A stretch of DNA of 64,000 nt from Squalus acanthias (GCA_030390025.1 JASTWF010000322.1:310001-374000), one strand, 5' to 3'. Counted from the first letter of the stretch, positions 12,850 through 25,478 are shown. Translations and numbers: made by a program. Notes: generated from the letters alone by a model not told the origin.

Positions 12850-13491
12850 TCATCTGGGTTGGGGGCGGTTTTGTTCTACTCTCTCTTTCTGTGTCCTGAA
12901 GGCTTTGTTCCTGAAGGATTGAAAAGTTTGGAGATGGGTAACAGGAGCCAGGTCTACCTCCACAGTGCCGAGTATGTGCAAGGGCCTGCTTCTTTCTCCT
13001 CTTGTGGGGCGACATCGCAAGACTCGGCCATCCGCCTCCGAAAGTTGGACTGCTCCACCACCACTAGCGGCCAAGGATCCTCTCTCCCTTCCCAACGCCA
13101 CACTGGAACCAGAGGTATCTCCGTGTGCCTCAGACGCTCGGGCCCCCTCGACTGGTTCTTCCGGGGGCTGTGGTTCCCCTTCGAGATGGCCGCAAGCCAG
13201 GGTCCCGTCGACGTTGAGCATATCGTGGTCTATCAGAAGCGCTGCAAGGTGCCGGACAAGGGCGCCCCGGTCGGGGACGAACTCCCCAGGATCCCGGCCT
13301 ACCCGCAGGGGCTCGAAGGCCCTTCTGACCAGGTTGGCGGTGGTCTGGATCTTGCCAACGAGGCCAGCCTTGAGGGACAGCGGGGCCGCGCCTTGCCAAT
13401 GGCCGACTGACTTGGCATCCTGGATCGGATCTGATCTACACCAGGTTTTCTCTATGACTAGGAACACGTCGATCCCAGGAACAATGGACAT
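12850..13491 (-). other. Unassigned GC-rich open frame (possible exon or TE/viral ORF remnant)
   Basis: 213 open codons, single-copy in the window, with visibly G/C-rich third positions. No recognisable domain. Confidence 0.3.
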
Positions 13492-13810
13492 CGGCTGACA
13501 GGCGACTGCCCTCCGAACGCTGCTTAATTTTCACCCAAGAATGTACTTCTCGATTGATGATGATGGGAATCAATGACAGCAAGGCGACACTTGAATGCAG
13601 GGTCTGTTCCTGCTCCCATGTTGGGTGAAGGTTTCGAGTTGGATTCTTCTGATGTGGGTGAGGGGCAGAATGTGGACATATTTGGGGAGGGGGGCTTCTT
13701 CTAACTTGTATCCACAGGTGTGACCACCCAACTCACTTGGGTCTTGAGAATAATTGTCTTTCTTTAAAATAGTCACCTCCACTGTCTAATTGTGTGTGTG
13801 TGTGTTGAAC

Positions 13811-15170
13811 CTAAGGGGTTAATGAGTTGTGGAGTGAATTGGTTTGGTCTGTGCTCTTAAAACAAGGTTGTCCAAGCTTGTGTGTGTGTGTCTCTCTCTC
13901 TCTGGGCCTTTGTAGACGGATAGGTTTCCCATTTAATGTGTCGCTTTCTCTCTGTTTCACCCACCCTACCAATCTTTTGGGAGTTGAGTTGGGATTTATC
14001 CCAAAGGAATGAGAGGCTCCCCAACGCAGCCAACTAAGTTTATACTTTTCCCATTTCTTGGTCAGTACTATGTCCATTTTATTCAGCTTCCCCTCGCTCC
14101 CCCTCCTTGCTGCACTGGTGAAAGAGGTTGGGGGTGTCCACCTGATTGAAGCTGGATTTAATGCAGCCCTTTTTTTCCACCCCCCCACCCGGGACTTAAC
14201 ATGGTCTCTCTTTGGAGAGAGGTAGGGCAGAGAAGAGCGCTCTCCTCCAAGGCTTCAGGGCATTCTAGCTTTCAATTCTGCTGCCAATTTGACCCCAGAT
14301 GGTTTGTCAATGAGAACTGGTTGCAATATTTTAAGGCTTGCCTGTGGGTGATCATAACTGGGCATATCGAGGATGGTCACTCCATGGTTCTGTTACTTGA
14401 CACCGAGGGAGAGACTCCCAGATCTTAAGTCTCTTTTAAGTAAAAGAACCATTTACTTTTCACCAGCCTGGCTTCTTTAGACCTCTACCACGTTGAATTA
14501 TTGAGAGGCACCCCTCCTAGTCGTCTGGCCTGCGTTTTTAGAGTGTGCACACACACACATCCTCTCTCATCTCCTCCTCCTCCTCCTGCTAAGACTCTTG
14601 CTTGCCTAAGCCTAGAGATCTTGGAAGAGGAGGGGGAGGCGAGGAGGGGGATAAAGATCAGCAAGGGGCAGGGGTGCAGGACTAGCCCAGCACGCGCGAC
14701 TCCTGCTGGAGTTCAACCAGCACAGATCATGGCGAGTTCCCAACTGGGACCACCCTGTCCCGTTCTGATCATGGGCTTGCTCACGGAGCCTGGCTGGACT
14801 CCAAGGGTGGGTGGAGGAGGAGGAGGAGGAGGAGAAGAGTCGTCCCAGGTCGTCTCCAACCCCGTAACAAGTCCACCTTCTCCAGCTCGCCTCCAATGAG
14901 GCAATGCCTAATTCTCCAACCCCTTTGAGGTGCATTTGTAAAATCTGTTTTAAGAATCATGTTTTGAGTCTGTTTTTTCTAAATTTTATATATAATCTCG
15001 CTTGCAATAAAAATTGGGTAGGTATCTTTCAAAAATCTAGTTTGCACGGGGATGGGGGAAGAGTTAATTGTCCCAGTTCTTTGCAAGAGAATGGGATGTT
15101 CGACACTGCTTTGGATAAGGATTTAAGGATGGCTTTGTAGTTGACATTATGTTGAATGTTGGGCGCGACG
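13811..15170 (-). mobile_element. Old degenerate interspersed repeat, possibly L1/Tx1-like ORF2
   Basis: 14600-14890 is homologous in inverted orientation to 16300-16450 and 16760-16920. Frameshifted WRRALFSALPL...CIKSSFNQVDTPNLFHQC resembles zf-RVT. Confidence 0.35.
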
Positions 15171-15346
15171 GGTTGTATTTACTGAACTTTTTTTTTTAAA
15201 TGTCGAGCTGCAAGTATTGATAATAAAAATGAGTTAATGGCAAAACTGCGTTCCGTGGGTACCTTGCTTCAGCCGCAGGGAGAGGCTAATACAGCAGGTG
15301 GGAACAGGTAGAGCATTAATACTGGAAGAATTAACTAAATCCTGCA

Positions 15347-15348
<2 letters not shown>

Positions 15349-15396
<48 letters not shown>
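15349..15396. repeat. (CT)n microsatellite
   Basis: Pure CT dinucleotide run. Confidence 0.95.
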
Positions 15397-15399
<3 letters not shown>

Positions 15400-15416
15400 T
15401 TTTTAAGCCACTACTT

Positions 15417-16135
15417 CAGCCCTACAATTCTCATCCCCCTGTTCAAATCTCTCCATGGCCCCTCACCCCCTCCCTATCTCTGTAACCTCCTCCAGCCCCT
15501 ACAATTCTCATCCTCCTGTTCAAATCCCTCCATGGCCCTCGCCCCCTCCCTATCTCTGTAACCTCCTCCAGCCCCTACAATTCTCATCCTCCTGTTCAAA
15601 TCCCTCCATGGCCCTCACCCCTCCCTATCTCTGTAACCTCCTCCAGCCCTACAACCCTCCGAGATCTCTGCGCTCCTCCAATTCTGGCCTCTTGAGCATC
15701 CCCGATTTCCATCGCTCCACAATTGGCAGCCGTGCCTTCAGCTGCCTGGGCCCTGAGCTCCGCCTCTCTCTCCTCCTTTAACAGGCTCCTTAAAACCGAC
15801 CACTTTGACCAAGCTTTTGGTCACCTGTCCTAATATCTCCTTCCTTTCTCCCTCTCCTCTCCTGTCCTTTCTCTCCAGGCACCTCAGTTGTAGTTGTGGA
15901 TGTGTTGGTGGTGGTCTGCAGTCTGGTTGTTCCTCCTCCTCTCCCTGGTCAAGGAGACCACCACTCTGCTGCTGCTGCTGCTCTCCTCACTCTCCTTCTA
16001 CTGGCTGATGAGGCAGCCAATCTTCTTTCCTAATATCTCCTTATGTGGCTCGCTGTCGAATTGTGTTTGATAATCGCTCCTGTGAAGCGCCTTGGGACGT
16101 TTTACTATGTTAAAGGTGCCGGATAAATGCACGTT
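15417..16135 (+). mobile_element. L2 LINE 3' end with 76-bp tandem unit, interrupted at about 15840-16020
   Basis: FKSLHG..PPYLCNLLQPYNPPRSLRSSNSGLL..GSRAFSCLGP followed by the L2 3' UTR. Confidence 0.85.
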
Positions 16136-17104
16136 GTTCGTGTTTTGAATATTGTAACGAAAGATGAAGCTTAGGAAAGACTTGCATTTATAGATTATCT
16201 CCAAATGCTTTACAGCCGGTGAGGTACTTTGGGCAGAGAGCAATTCGCCTCCCTCACCTACCCTCACCCTACAATCCAGTGGCATAATGAGTCGGGTGGG
16301 CGTTCGAGGTGCCCTGGAGGAGGTGGACTTGTTACTGGGGGGGTTGGGGGAGGCCTGGGACTCTCTCTCTTTCTGCACCCTCCCTTGGCTCCAGCCAAGC
16401 CCATGAGCAAGTCCGTGGTCCGAATGGACAGGGAGGTTCCTTGCTGGAAGCGCTCGGTTTTCTTTTAAGCCTTAAAAACAGCTTCATGATTAACAATATA
16501 AAAAGATTAATAATTTTCAAATAATCAACAAGTTTACAGGACAAATACCCTTAAACAATCTCACACCCAAACTTTGTACATTTAAAACAACAATCTCAAG
16601 GTAAACTCCACATAAGAAAAACAGTTTAACACCACAGTGTACAAATCACCATCATAATTCAATAAACTGCCTTAAATATACCACTACCCGTTTCACGCCA
16701 GTCCTCTTGGCATCGTTCAATCGTTCGTTCATTCAATCGTTCGTTCATTCATTCGAGCGTTCGAACATCCATTATCATTCCGGTGTTCTCCGCTGGCTTA
16801 ACTCCAGCAACAGGACTCCCGCGCCCTTGGCCAGTTCCGATTACCCACCCCTTAATTTTCTTATCGTGCCACCTCTCTCCCCATCTCGCCCCAACCCCAA
16901 AGATTTCTAGGCTTAGGTGAGCGAGGGTTGGGCGGGGGAGAGGAGAGCGATACATAATGGCACTGTATTGTAGGGTTATCCAGAGCACAGATTTTCTTTC
17001 CAGATCTCTCCGCTCCCCCATCCCACCACACCCCCTTGCCTGGCGCACCCTCCCCTCCACTTCCCCCACCCCACCCCTTACCACAGTTCCATTGGAGGAA
17101 CATA

Positions 17105-17240
17105 GAATGGGCCTCCTCCTGTTCCTATGGTAACAGTCTCGAGGGGGCTGAATGGGCCTCCTCCTGTTCCTGTGTAACAGGCTCGAGGGGGCTGAATGGG
17201 CCTCCTCCTGTTCCTGTGTAACAGGCTCGAGGGGCTGAAA
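17105..17240. repeat. Short 43-bp CR1-tail minisatellite in the opposite orientation
   Basis: About 3 units, reverse complement of the 1-2996 unit. Confidence 0.85.
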
Positions 17241-17244
17241 CTTT

Positions 17245-19565
17245 GAAAAATAGGAGCAGGAGTCGGCCATTCGGCCCTTCGAGCCTGCTCCGCCATTCAA
17301 TATGATCATGGCTGATCCTCTATCTCAATACCATATTCCTGCTCTCTCCCCATACCCCTTGATGCCTTTTGTGTCTAGAAATCGATCTATCTCCTCAAAT
17401 ATGTTCAGTGACTTGGCCTCCACAGCCTTCTGGGGTAGAGAATTCCACAGGTTCACCACCCTCCTGAGTGAAGAAATTTCTCCTCATCTCAGTCCTGAAT
17501 GTCCTACCCCGTATCCTGAGACTGTGACCCCCCTGGTTCTAGACCCCCAGCCAGGGGAAACATCCTCCCTGCATCCAGTCTGTCTAGCCCGGTCAGAATT
17601 TTATACGTTTCAATGAGATCCCCTCTCATTCTTCTAAACTCTAGTGAATACAGGCCTAGTCAACCAAATCTCTCCTCATACGACAGTCCTGCCATCCCAG
17701 GAATCAGTCTGGTTGAACCTTCGCTGCACTCCCTCTATGGCAAGTATATCCTTTCTTAGGTAAGGAGACCAAAACTGCACACAGTACTCCAGGTGTGGTC
17801 TCACCAAGGCCCTGTATAACTGTAGTAAAAATTGAGAGGTCGCACAACACCAGGTTATAGTCCAACAGTTTTATTTGAAATCGCAAGCTTTCGGAGTTAC
17901 TACTCCTTCGTCGGGTGAAGTAAAGAGATACAGAATCGCCAAAGCATATATAGATAGAGAACAATGCATGTGTACCTTACAATTGCAGACAACTAAATTA
18001 AATCATCCTGACTGTTTATCTGCCGAGGTATGATAATCAGGTCAGCCAGGAAGGTACCACATCAAAGACATAGCAAGATACAACTGAGACAATGAGGTGG
18101 AGTCGCAGGGGGTCTAACTTGTCAAAAGCTGCTGTCTGTATGTAAAACGATAAGCTTTAAAATTTTTACTTTTTTACTGGGAATCACATCTGTGAACAAG
18201 CCAACGACGACTCGAGTCCAGATCACGTCATGTATCGTGACATAAGCCCAAGATCCCGGTTGAGGCCGTCTTCATGAGTGCGGAACTTGGCTATCAGTTT
18301 CTGCTCGATGATTTTGCGTTGTCGTGTGTGTTCCTAAGGTCGCCTTGGAGAACGCTTACCCGCAGATCCGAGGCTGAATGTCCTTGACTGCTGAAGTGTT
18401 CCCCGACTGGGAGGTAACAATCCTGCCTGGCGATTGTTGCGCGGTGCTCGTTCATACGTTGTCTCAGTGTCTGCATGGTCTCGCCGATGTACCATGCTGT
18501 GGTGCATTCTTTCCTGCAACGATACGTTGCAGGAAAGAATGCACCACAGCATGGTACATCGGCGAGACCATGCAGACACTGAGACAACGTATGAACGAGC
18601 ACCGCGCAACAATCGCCAGGCAGGATTGTTACCTCCCAGTCGGGGAACACTTCAGCAGTCAAGGACATTCAGCCTCGGATCTGCGGGTAAGCGTTCTCCA
18701 AGGCGACCTTAGGAACACACACGACAACGCAAAATCATCGAGCAGAAACTGATAGCCAAGTTCCGCACTCATGAAGACGGCCTCAACCGGGATCTTGGGC
18801 TTATGTCACGATACATGACGTGATCTGGACTCGAGTCGTCGTTGGCTTGTTCACAGATGTGATTCCCAGTAAAAAAGTAAAAATTTTAAAGCTTATCGTT
18901 TTACATACAGACAGCAGCTTTTGACAAGTTAGACCCCCTGCGACTCCACCTCATTGTCTCAGTTGTATCTTGCTATGTCTTTGATGTGGTACCTTCCTGG
19001 CTGACCTGATTATCATACCTCGGCAGATAAACAGTCAGGATGATTTAATTTAGTTGTCTGCAATTGTAAGGTACACATGCATTGTTCTCTATCTATATAT
19101 GCTTTGGCGATTCTGTATCTCTTTACTTCACCCGACGAAGGAGTAGTAACTCCGAAAGCTTGCGATTTCAAATAAAACTGTTGGACTATAACCTGGTGTT
19201 GTGCAACCTCTCAATTTTGTCCACCCCAGTCCAACACCGGCATCTCCGTATCATGATAACTGTAGTAAGACATCCTTGCTCCTGTATTCAAATCCTCTTG
19301 CAATGAAGGCCAACATTCCATTTGCCTTCCTAACTGCTTGCTGCACCAGCATGTTTGCTTTCAGTGACTGGTGTACATCAACATTTCCCAATCTATCGCC
19401 ATTTAAATAATACTCTGCCTTTCTGTTTTTCCCACCGAAGTGGATCACTTCACATTTATCCACGTTATACTGCATCTGCCATGTATTTGCCCACTCACTC
19501 AACTGGTCTAAATCGCCTTGAAGCCTCTTTGCATCCTCCTCACAACTCACAATCCCACCTAGCAC
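17245..19565 (-). mobile_element. CR1 LINE split by the Penelope palindrome (pieces 17245-17828 and 19256-19565)
   Basis: CR1 sequence is contiguous across the insertion once the duplicated ATAACTGTAGTAA is collapsed. Confidence 0.9.
17828..19255. mobile_element. Penelope-like element, inverted (palindromic) 3' ends
   Basis: Arms 17828-18521 and 18525-19218 with spacer ATA. Both arms encode the GIY-YIG C-terminus (CRKECTTAWYIGET). 37-nt right-side extension; 13-bp TSD. Confidence 0.93.
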
Positions 19566-19639
19566 CAAGGCCCTGTATAACTATCAAACGCTGTGCAGAC
19601 TAATTTCTATCGCATCTTTCCAGAGCTGTATCATTCTGA

Positions 19640-19817
19640 ACCGGCGACCTCCGCTGCCCAGAAGGACGAGGGCAGCAGGTGCATGGGAACGCCACCACCT
19701 CCGCGTCGCACACCATCCCGACTTGGTAATAGATCGGCCGTTCCTTCATCGTCGCTGGGTCCAAATCCTGGGACTCCCTCCCGAACGCCACCTTCACCGC
19801 ACGGACTGCAGCAGTTC
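19640..19817 (+). mobile_element. Fragment of a second CR1-group LINE family
   Basis: Homologous to 46675-46870. Confidence 0.75.
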
Positions 19818-20818
19818 AATATTTTAAGGAAGGATGTACTTGCATTGGAGGCAGTTCAGAGATGATTCACTAGGTTAATTCCAGAGATGAGGGGTTTGAC
19901 TTATGAGGAAAGGTTGAGCAGGCTGGGCCTATACTCATTGGAATTTAGAAGAATGAGAGGTGATCTTATTGAAACATATAAGATACTGAGGGGGCCTCGA
20001 CAAGGTAGATGCGGAGAGGATGTTTCCCCTAGTGGGGGTATCTAGAACTAGGGGGCATAGTTTCAGAATAAGGGGTCGCCCATTTAAGACGGAGATGAGG
20101 AGGAATTTCTTCTCTCAGAGGGTCGTGAATCTTTGGAATTCTCTACCCCGGAGAGCTGTGGAGGCGGAGTCATTGAATACAGTCAAGGCGGAGATTAACA
20201 GATTGTTGAACTACAAGGGAGTCGAGGGGGTTGGGGAGAGAGCGGGAAAGTGGTGTTGAGGCCAAGATTGGATCAGCCATGATCTTATTGAATGGCCGAC
20301 TCCTTCATAAGAACATAAGAAATAGGAGCAGGAATAGGCCACTTGGCCCCTCGAGCCTGCTCCGCCATTCAATAAGATCATGGCTGATCTTGGGCTCAAA
20401 GCCACTTCCCCGCCCGCTCCCCGTAACCCTTCACTCCCTTATCTTGCAAAAATCTGTCTATCTCCACCTTAAATGTATTTAATGACCCAGCCTCCACGGG
20501 TCTCTGGGGCAGAGAATTCCACAGATTTACGACCCTCTGAGAGAAGAAATTCCTCCTCATCTCAGTTCTAAAAGGGCGACCCCTTTATTCTGAAACTATG
20601 CCCCCGAGTTCTAGATTTCCCCACGAGGGGAAACATCCTCTCTGCATTTACCTTGTCGAACCCCCTCAGTATCTTATATGTTTCAATAAGATCACCTCTC
20701 ATTCTTCTAAACTCCAATGAGTATAGCCCCAGCCTGCTCAACCTTTCCTCATAAGTCAACCCCCTCATCTCTGGAATTAACCTAGTGAATCGTCTCTGAA
20801 CTGCCTCCAATGCAAGTA
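19818..20818. mobile_element. Two related CR1 copies tail-to-tail (19818-20297 plus, 20305-20818 minus)
   Basis: Both carry LALEAVQR..TRLIPEMRGLTYEERLSRLGLYSLEFRRMRGDL. Confidence 0.9.
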
Positions 20819-21690
20819 TAAGAACATAAGAAGGCCAATCGGCCCCTCGAGCCTGCTCCGCCATTCAATAAGATCATGGCTGATCTGATCCTAACCTCAA
20901 ATCTAAAGAACACAAGAAGTAGGAGCAGGACCCGGCCACTCAGCCCCTGGGCCCGCTCCGCCACCCACAGGGCCTCGACCGATCCGAACTCAGCCTCATG
21001 TCCAATTTCCTGCCCGCTGCTCCCCGTAACCCCTAATTCCCTTTACTTCTAGGAAACTGTCTATTTCTGTTTTAAATTTATTTAATGATGTAGCTTCCAC
21101 AGCTTCCTGGGGCAGCAAATTCTACAGACCCACTACCCTCTGAGTGAAGAAGTTTCTCCTCATCTCAGTTTTGAAAGAGCAGCCCCTTATTCTAAGATTA
21201 TGCCCCTAGTTCTAGTTTCACCCATCATTGGGAACATCCTTACCGCATCCACCCGATCAAGCCCCTTCACAATCTTATATGTTTCAATAAGATCGCCTCT
21301 CACTCTTCTGAACTCCAATGAGTAGAGTCCCAATCTACTCAACCTCTCCTCATATGTCCATCCCCTCATCCCCGGGATTAACTGAGTGAACCTTCTTTGT
21401 ACTGCCTCGAGAGCAAGGATGTCTTTTCTTAAGTATGGACACCAAAACTTTATGCAGTATTCCAGGTGTGGTCTCACCAATACCTTATATAACTGCAGCA
21501 ATACCTCCCTGTTTTTATAATCTATCCCCCTAGCAATAAAAGCCAACATTCCGTTGGCCTTCTTGATCACTTGCTGCACCTGCATACTAACTTTTTGATA
21601 TCCTTCCTTGAAATAAGGAGACCAAAACTGTACGCAGTACTCCAGGTGTGGTCTCACCAGCGCCCAGTACAGTTGTAGCAGGACTTCCTG
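20819..21690 (-). mobile_element. CR1 LINE with duplicated 3' UTR plus an adjacent CR1 fragment
   Basis: ORF 21187-21720; near-identical to 8323-9152. Confidence 0.92.
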
Positions 21691-22010
21691 TTTCTTATGT
21701 AAAAGGTGGGTCACCACCACCTACTCAAGGGGAATTAGGGATGGGCAATAAATGCAGTCATTGCCAGCGACACCCACATCCCAGGAACGAATCAACAAAA
21801 AATATCCAAATCGAAAACTCATTGTGACATTCGGAGAGTTCGCTCAGTATTTGTTTAGCCAGGAGGAAATTTCGCAATAATTTATCAAAAAATGGGCTAT
21901 ACATGAGGGAAGAAAAATCATTGTCTCTCACTTTTTTGAATATTTTAATCCATTCACACCAATATTATTTCCCAAGCGCATTACACAGACATTTTCATCT
22001 AGTCTTCTGT

Positions 22011-22843
22011 GTCAGATGTGGTTCAGTGAGGTCGCACTCTCGCTCCCTGTGCATCAGGAGGTCGTGGGTTCGAGTCCCCACTCCAGAGACTCGAGCCCCA
22101 TAATCCAGGCCCACACTCCCCGGTGCCAGTACTGAGGGAGCGCTGCACTGTCGGAGGTAGATGTCTATACTCTAGGACTCGAGCCCCATAATCCAGGCCC
22201 ACACTCCCCGGTGCCAGTACTGAGGGAGCGCTGCACTGTCGGAGGTAGATGTATATACTCAAGGACTCGAGCCCCATAATCCAGGCCCACACTCCCCGGT
22301 GCCAGTACTGAGGGAGCGCTGCACTGTCGGAGGTAGATGTATATACTCTAGGACTCGAGCCCCATAATCCAGGCCCATACTCCCCGGTGCCAGTACTGAG
22401 GGAGTGCTGCACTGTCGGAGGTAGATGTATATACTCCAGGACTCGTGCCCCATAATCCAGGCCCACACTCCCCGGTGCCAGTACTGAGGGAGCGCTGCAC
22501 TGTCGGAGGTAGATGTATATACTCTAGGACTGGAGCCCCATAATCGAGGCCGACACTCCCCGGTGCCAGTACTGAGGGAGCGCTGCACTGTCGGAGGTGC
22601 CGTCTTTCGGGATGAGACATTAAACCGAGGCCCCGTCTGCCCTCTCAGGTGGACGTAAAAGATCTCACGGCCACTATTGGAAGAAGAGCAGGGGGGGAGT
22701 TCTCCCCGGTGTCCTGGGGCCAATATTTATCCCTCAACCAACATCACTAAAAACAGATGATCTGGTCATCATCGCGTTGCTGATTGTGGGAGCTTGCTGT
22801 GCGCAAATTGGCTGCTGCGTTTCCCACATTACAACAGTGACTA
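22011..22843 (+). mobile_element. DeuSINE (SacSINE1-like) with internal 88-bp tandem expansion
   Basis: tRNA-like head with B box GGTTCGAGTCC, about 6 tandem units, then the Deu domain GTGCCGTCTTTCGGGATGAGACATTAAACCGAGGCCCCGTCTGCCCTCTCAGGTGGACGTAAAAGATC. Confidence 0.88.
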
Positions 22844-23009
22844 CAAGAAGGAGTTAGATATATTTCTTAAGGCTAAAGGGATCAAGGGATATGGGGAGAA
22901 GGCAGGGACAGTGTACTGAATTTGGATGATCAGCCATGATCTCATTGAATGGCGGAGCAGGCTCGAGGGGCTGAATGGCCTACTCCTGCTCCTATCTTCT
23001 ATGTTTCTA

Positions 23010-23540
23010 AAGGGCACGGGGAGGCATTTCCCCCGAGACGGCTCGAGTTGCGCGGCGCCGGTTCCCGAGAGGAGTTTCAGGGCCGCGCGCCGAGGAGGAA
23101 TTCCGTCCGAGCGCTGGGTCAGTTCGGTCGGGATCACCCCGCACGCTCGGGCCACCTCGACCCACCTCGTGGAGTCAGGGGCCCGGCGCCGCTTTTGGCC
23201 ACCCGACGGCTTTGGCCGCCTGCCGGACCGTTGGCCGAGGACGGGCGCCGCGCGCCAGCTCCTCTGGCACCCTCCAACCCGCTCCTCCGCCATCGAGCAG
23301 GTCCCTGATTCCAGTCGCCCTGCCGAGCACAGCCCTCCCCTCCGCCAGCCACCCGAGCCGCGCCGCGGGCCTTTTAGTAAGCTGAGATGTCAGCTGATCT
23401 TTCGACCCCGCCCCCCCCCCACCCCTCCCCCCACCCTGCTGCGCTTGTTGTTTTTCTACTTTGGCCCAGGATGTGATACCTCGGCGTTCCGCTGTCTAAT
23501 CGCCACAGGGTCCTAAAGCCCGTCGGGTGAGATTTGAAAC
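23010..23540. promoter_or_regulatory. Single-copy CpG-rich island (candidate promoter or first exon)
   Basis: Very high GC and CpG density, GC-box-like CCCCGCCC near 23406, no match to other repeats in the window. Confidence 0.4.
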
Positions 23541-24678
23541 ATGACTGATTGCCAACACGTTACCGGGGACGAGGGGGGTGGGGAGGCAGTGGCGGGGGAG
23601 GGGTAGACTTTAGTTACGAGGAGAGTTTGTAATAGTTTTTTTTTCTTAAGAGTTTGGAATAGTTAGAAGTCACACAACACCAGGTTATAGTCCAACAGTT
23701 TTATTTGAAATCACGAGCTTTCTGAGCGCTGCTCCTTCATCAGGTAGAGTGAGGGAATACAAATCGGTTACAAAGTGTATATATATGATGCGGAGATGCC
23801 GGTGTTGGACTGGGGTGGACAAAAATGAGAAGTCGCACAACACCAGGTTATAGTCCCAACAGTTTTATTTAAAATTACGCGCTTTCGGAGCTGTCGCCCC
23901 TTCATCAGGTAAAGGTACAATGAGTGAATCTACAATATTACACAGTATATAAACACAGAAACTGCAGAGATACAATCTTTCAGGGAAGGTGTCCTTACAT
24001 CAATGACACTCCAAGAGCACAGCCAAGACAATGAGATGTGTCCCAGGGGGTCCAACGTGTCAAATCCTGCTGTCTGTAGTTGAGCTTTCTTTTTTGGGTT
24101 TGTTTTCTTTGTGTGTTTTTTTTTTAAAACTGGAAAGACAGACAACGATGTCGAGTCACATTCTGTAGCGTGACATGAACCCGATAGCCCTGTTGAGGCC
24201 GTCCTCATGGGTGCGGAACTTGGCTCTCAGTTTCTGCTCAACGATTTTGCGTTGTCGTGTGTCTCGAAGGCCGCCTTGGAGAACGCTAACCCGCAGATCC
24301 GAGGCTGAATGTCCTTGACTGCTGAGTATATATAGACAGAGAACAATGTGTCTGCAGAGATACAATCCCTCAGGGAGGCTTAACATCAAAGACACAGCAG
24401 AACACAGCCAAGACAATGAGGTGAGCCAAGTGCCGCACCCATGAGGACGGCCTCAACCGGGATCTCGGATTCATGTCACGCTACAGGACGTGACTCGACA
24501 TCGTTGTCTGGTTCACAGATGTGATTTCCAGTTTTTTTAAAAAAGTGAAAAGCTTAACTGCAGACTGCAGCATTTGACACGTTGGACCCCCTGTGACCCC
24601 ACCTCATTGTCTTAGCTGTACTCTGCTGTGTCTTTGATGTTAAGCCTCCCTGAGGGATTGTATCTCTGCAGACACATT

Positions 24679-25429
24679 GGCCCGAAAATTAGACCTAATA
24701 TGGGAGAGTACGCACTGTGTACTCTCGCGTATTAGGTCCCGAATTGCCGGTTTCCTGCATGCACTGCGCAAGCGCGGGAAACCGGCACTTCGGGTATTGC
24801 GAAGGGGGCGGTTCCTAAGTGAACCACGTGCGCGCTACAGGCTGCGCGCACGCAGTGCACTTAGTTTTTTTTTCAGCTTTGAACGCGCAGCTAAGTGGTG
24901 AAGATTTTACACATAAAGAAAGCAGGCGTAGGACCCCCTTTTAACAAGGTAAGTAGTTAATTAAGTGTTATTTAAAAAAAATTTCAACAGGTTTATCTTT
25001 TTTAGAGACTTTAAAGAAAGGTAAGTTTATTTTTATAACTTTTAAAAAGATTTTAAACTTTTTCAAAAATTAAATTTTTTGTTTAAAGTGGTTAATTTAT
25101 TTAACTATACTTATTTTATTAATGTGATGGCTTTTTTTTAAATTTAATTGAGGTTTAGTTGTTCTTTTGGGGGCTTGTAGTATTCATAGTTTTGACAGCC
25201 CTATGAATGAAAGATGGTGTGCTGCCATTGGCTCTAACTGAATCACGTGATCCCAGAGCTCGCACGAACTAATTGCGCCTCTGGGACACGCAAGCACTGC
25301 ACGGTTGCAACAGGGAGAGGCCCTGAAACTGAAGTTCGTGTGGGCCCAAAACAAAAAGGTAGGCGCGGAGTGCGATATCGTGGGGAATCCTTACCCCCGC
25401 GGGAACCATCGATGTTTAATTTCTGGGCC
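24679..25429. mobile_element. MITE, probably PIF/Harbinger-related, copy 1
   Basis: TIRs GGCCCGAAAATT / AATTTCTGGGCC with 3-bp flanks ATT/ATC interrupting Penelope sequence GACACATTGTTCTC. Second copy at 62681. Confidence 0.75.
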
Positions 25430-25478
25430 ATCGTTCTCTGTCTATATATACTGTGTAACCGATTTGTATTCCCTCACT

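Noticed and set aside
17828..19218. Palindrome as a pure assembly artefact or a TIR DNA transposon
   Set aside because: The TSD, asymmetric tail and contiguous CR1 host fit a real insertion, and the content is Penelope GIY-YIG and pLTR. Read support is still unverified.
22841..23293. Myb/SANT-like Harbinger protein (RWVEVARAC)
   Set aside because: Only a few residues resemble the motif, and the frame runs into antisense CR1.
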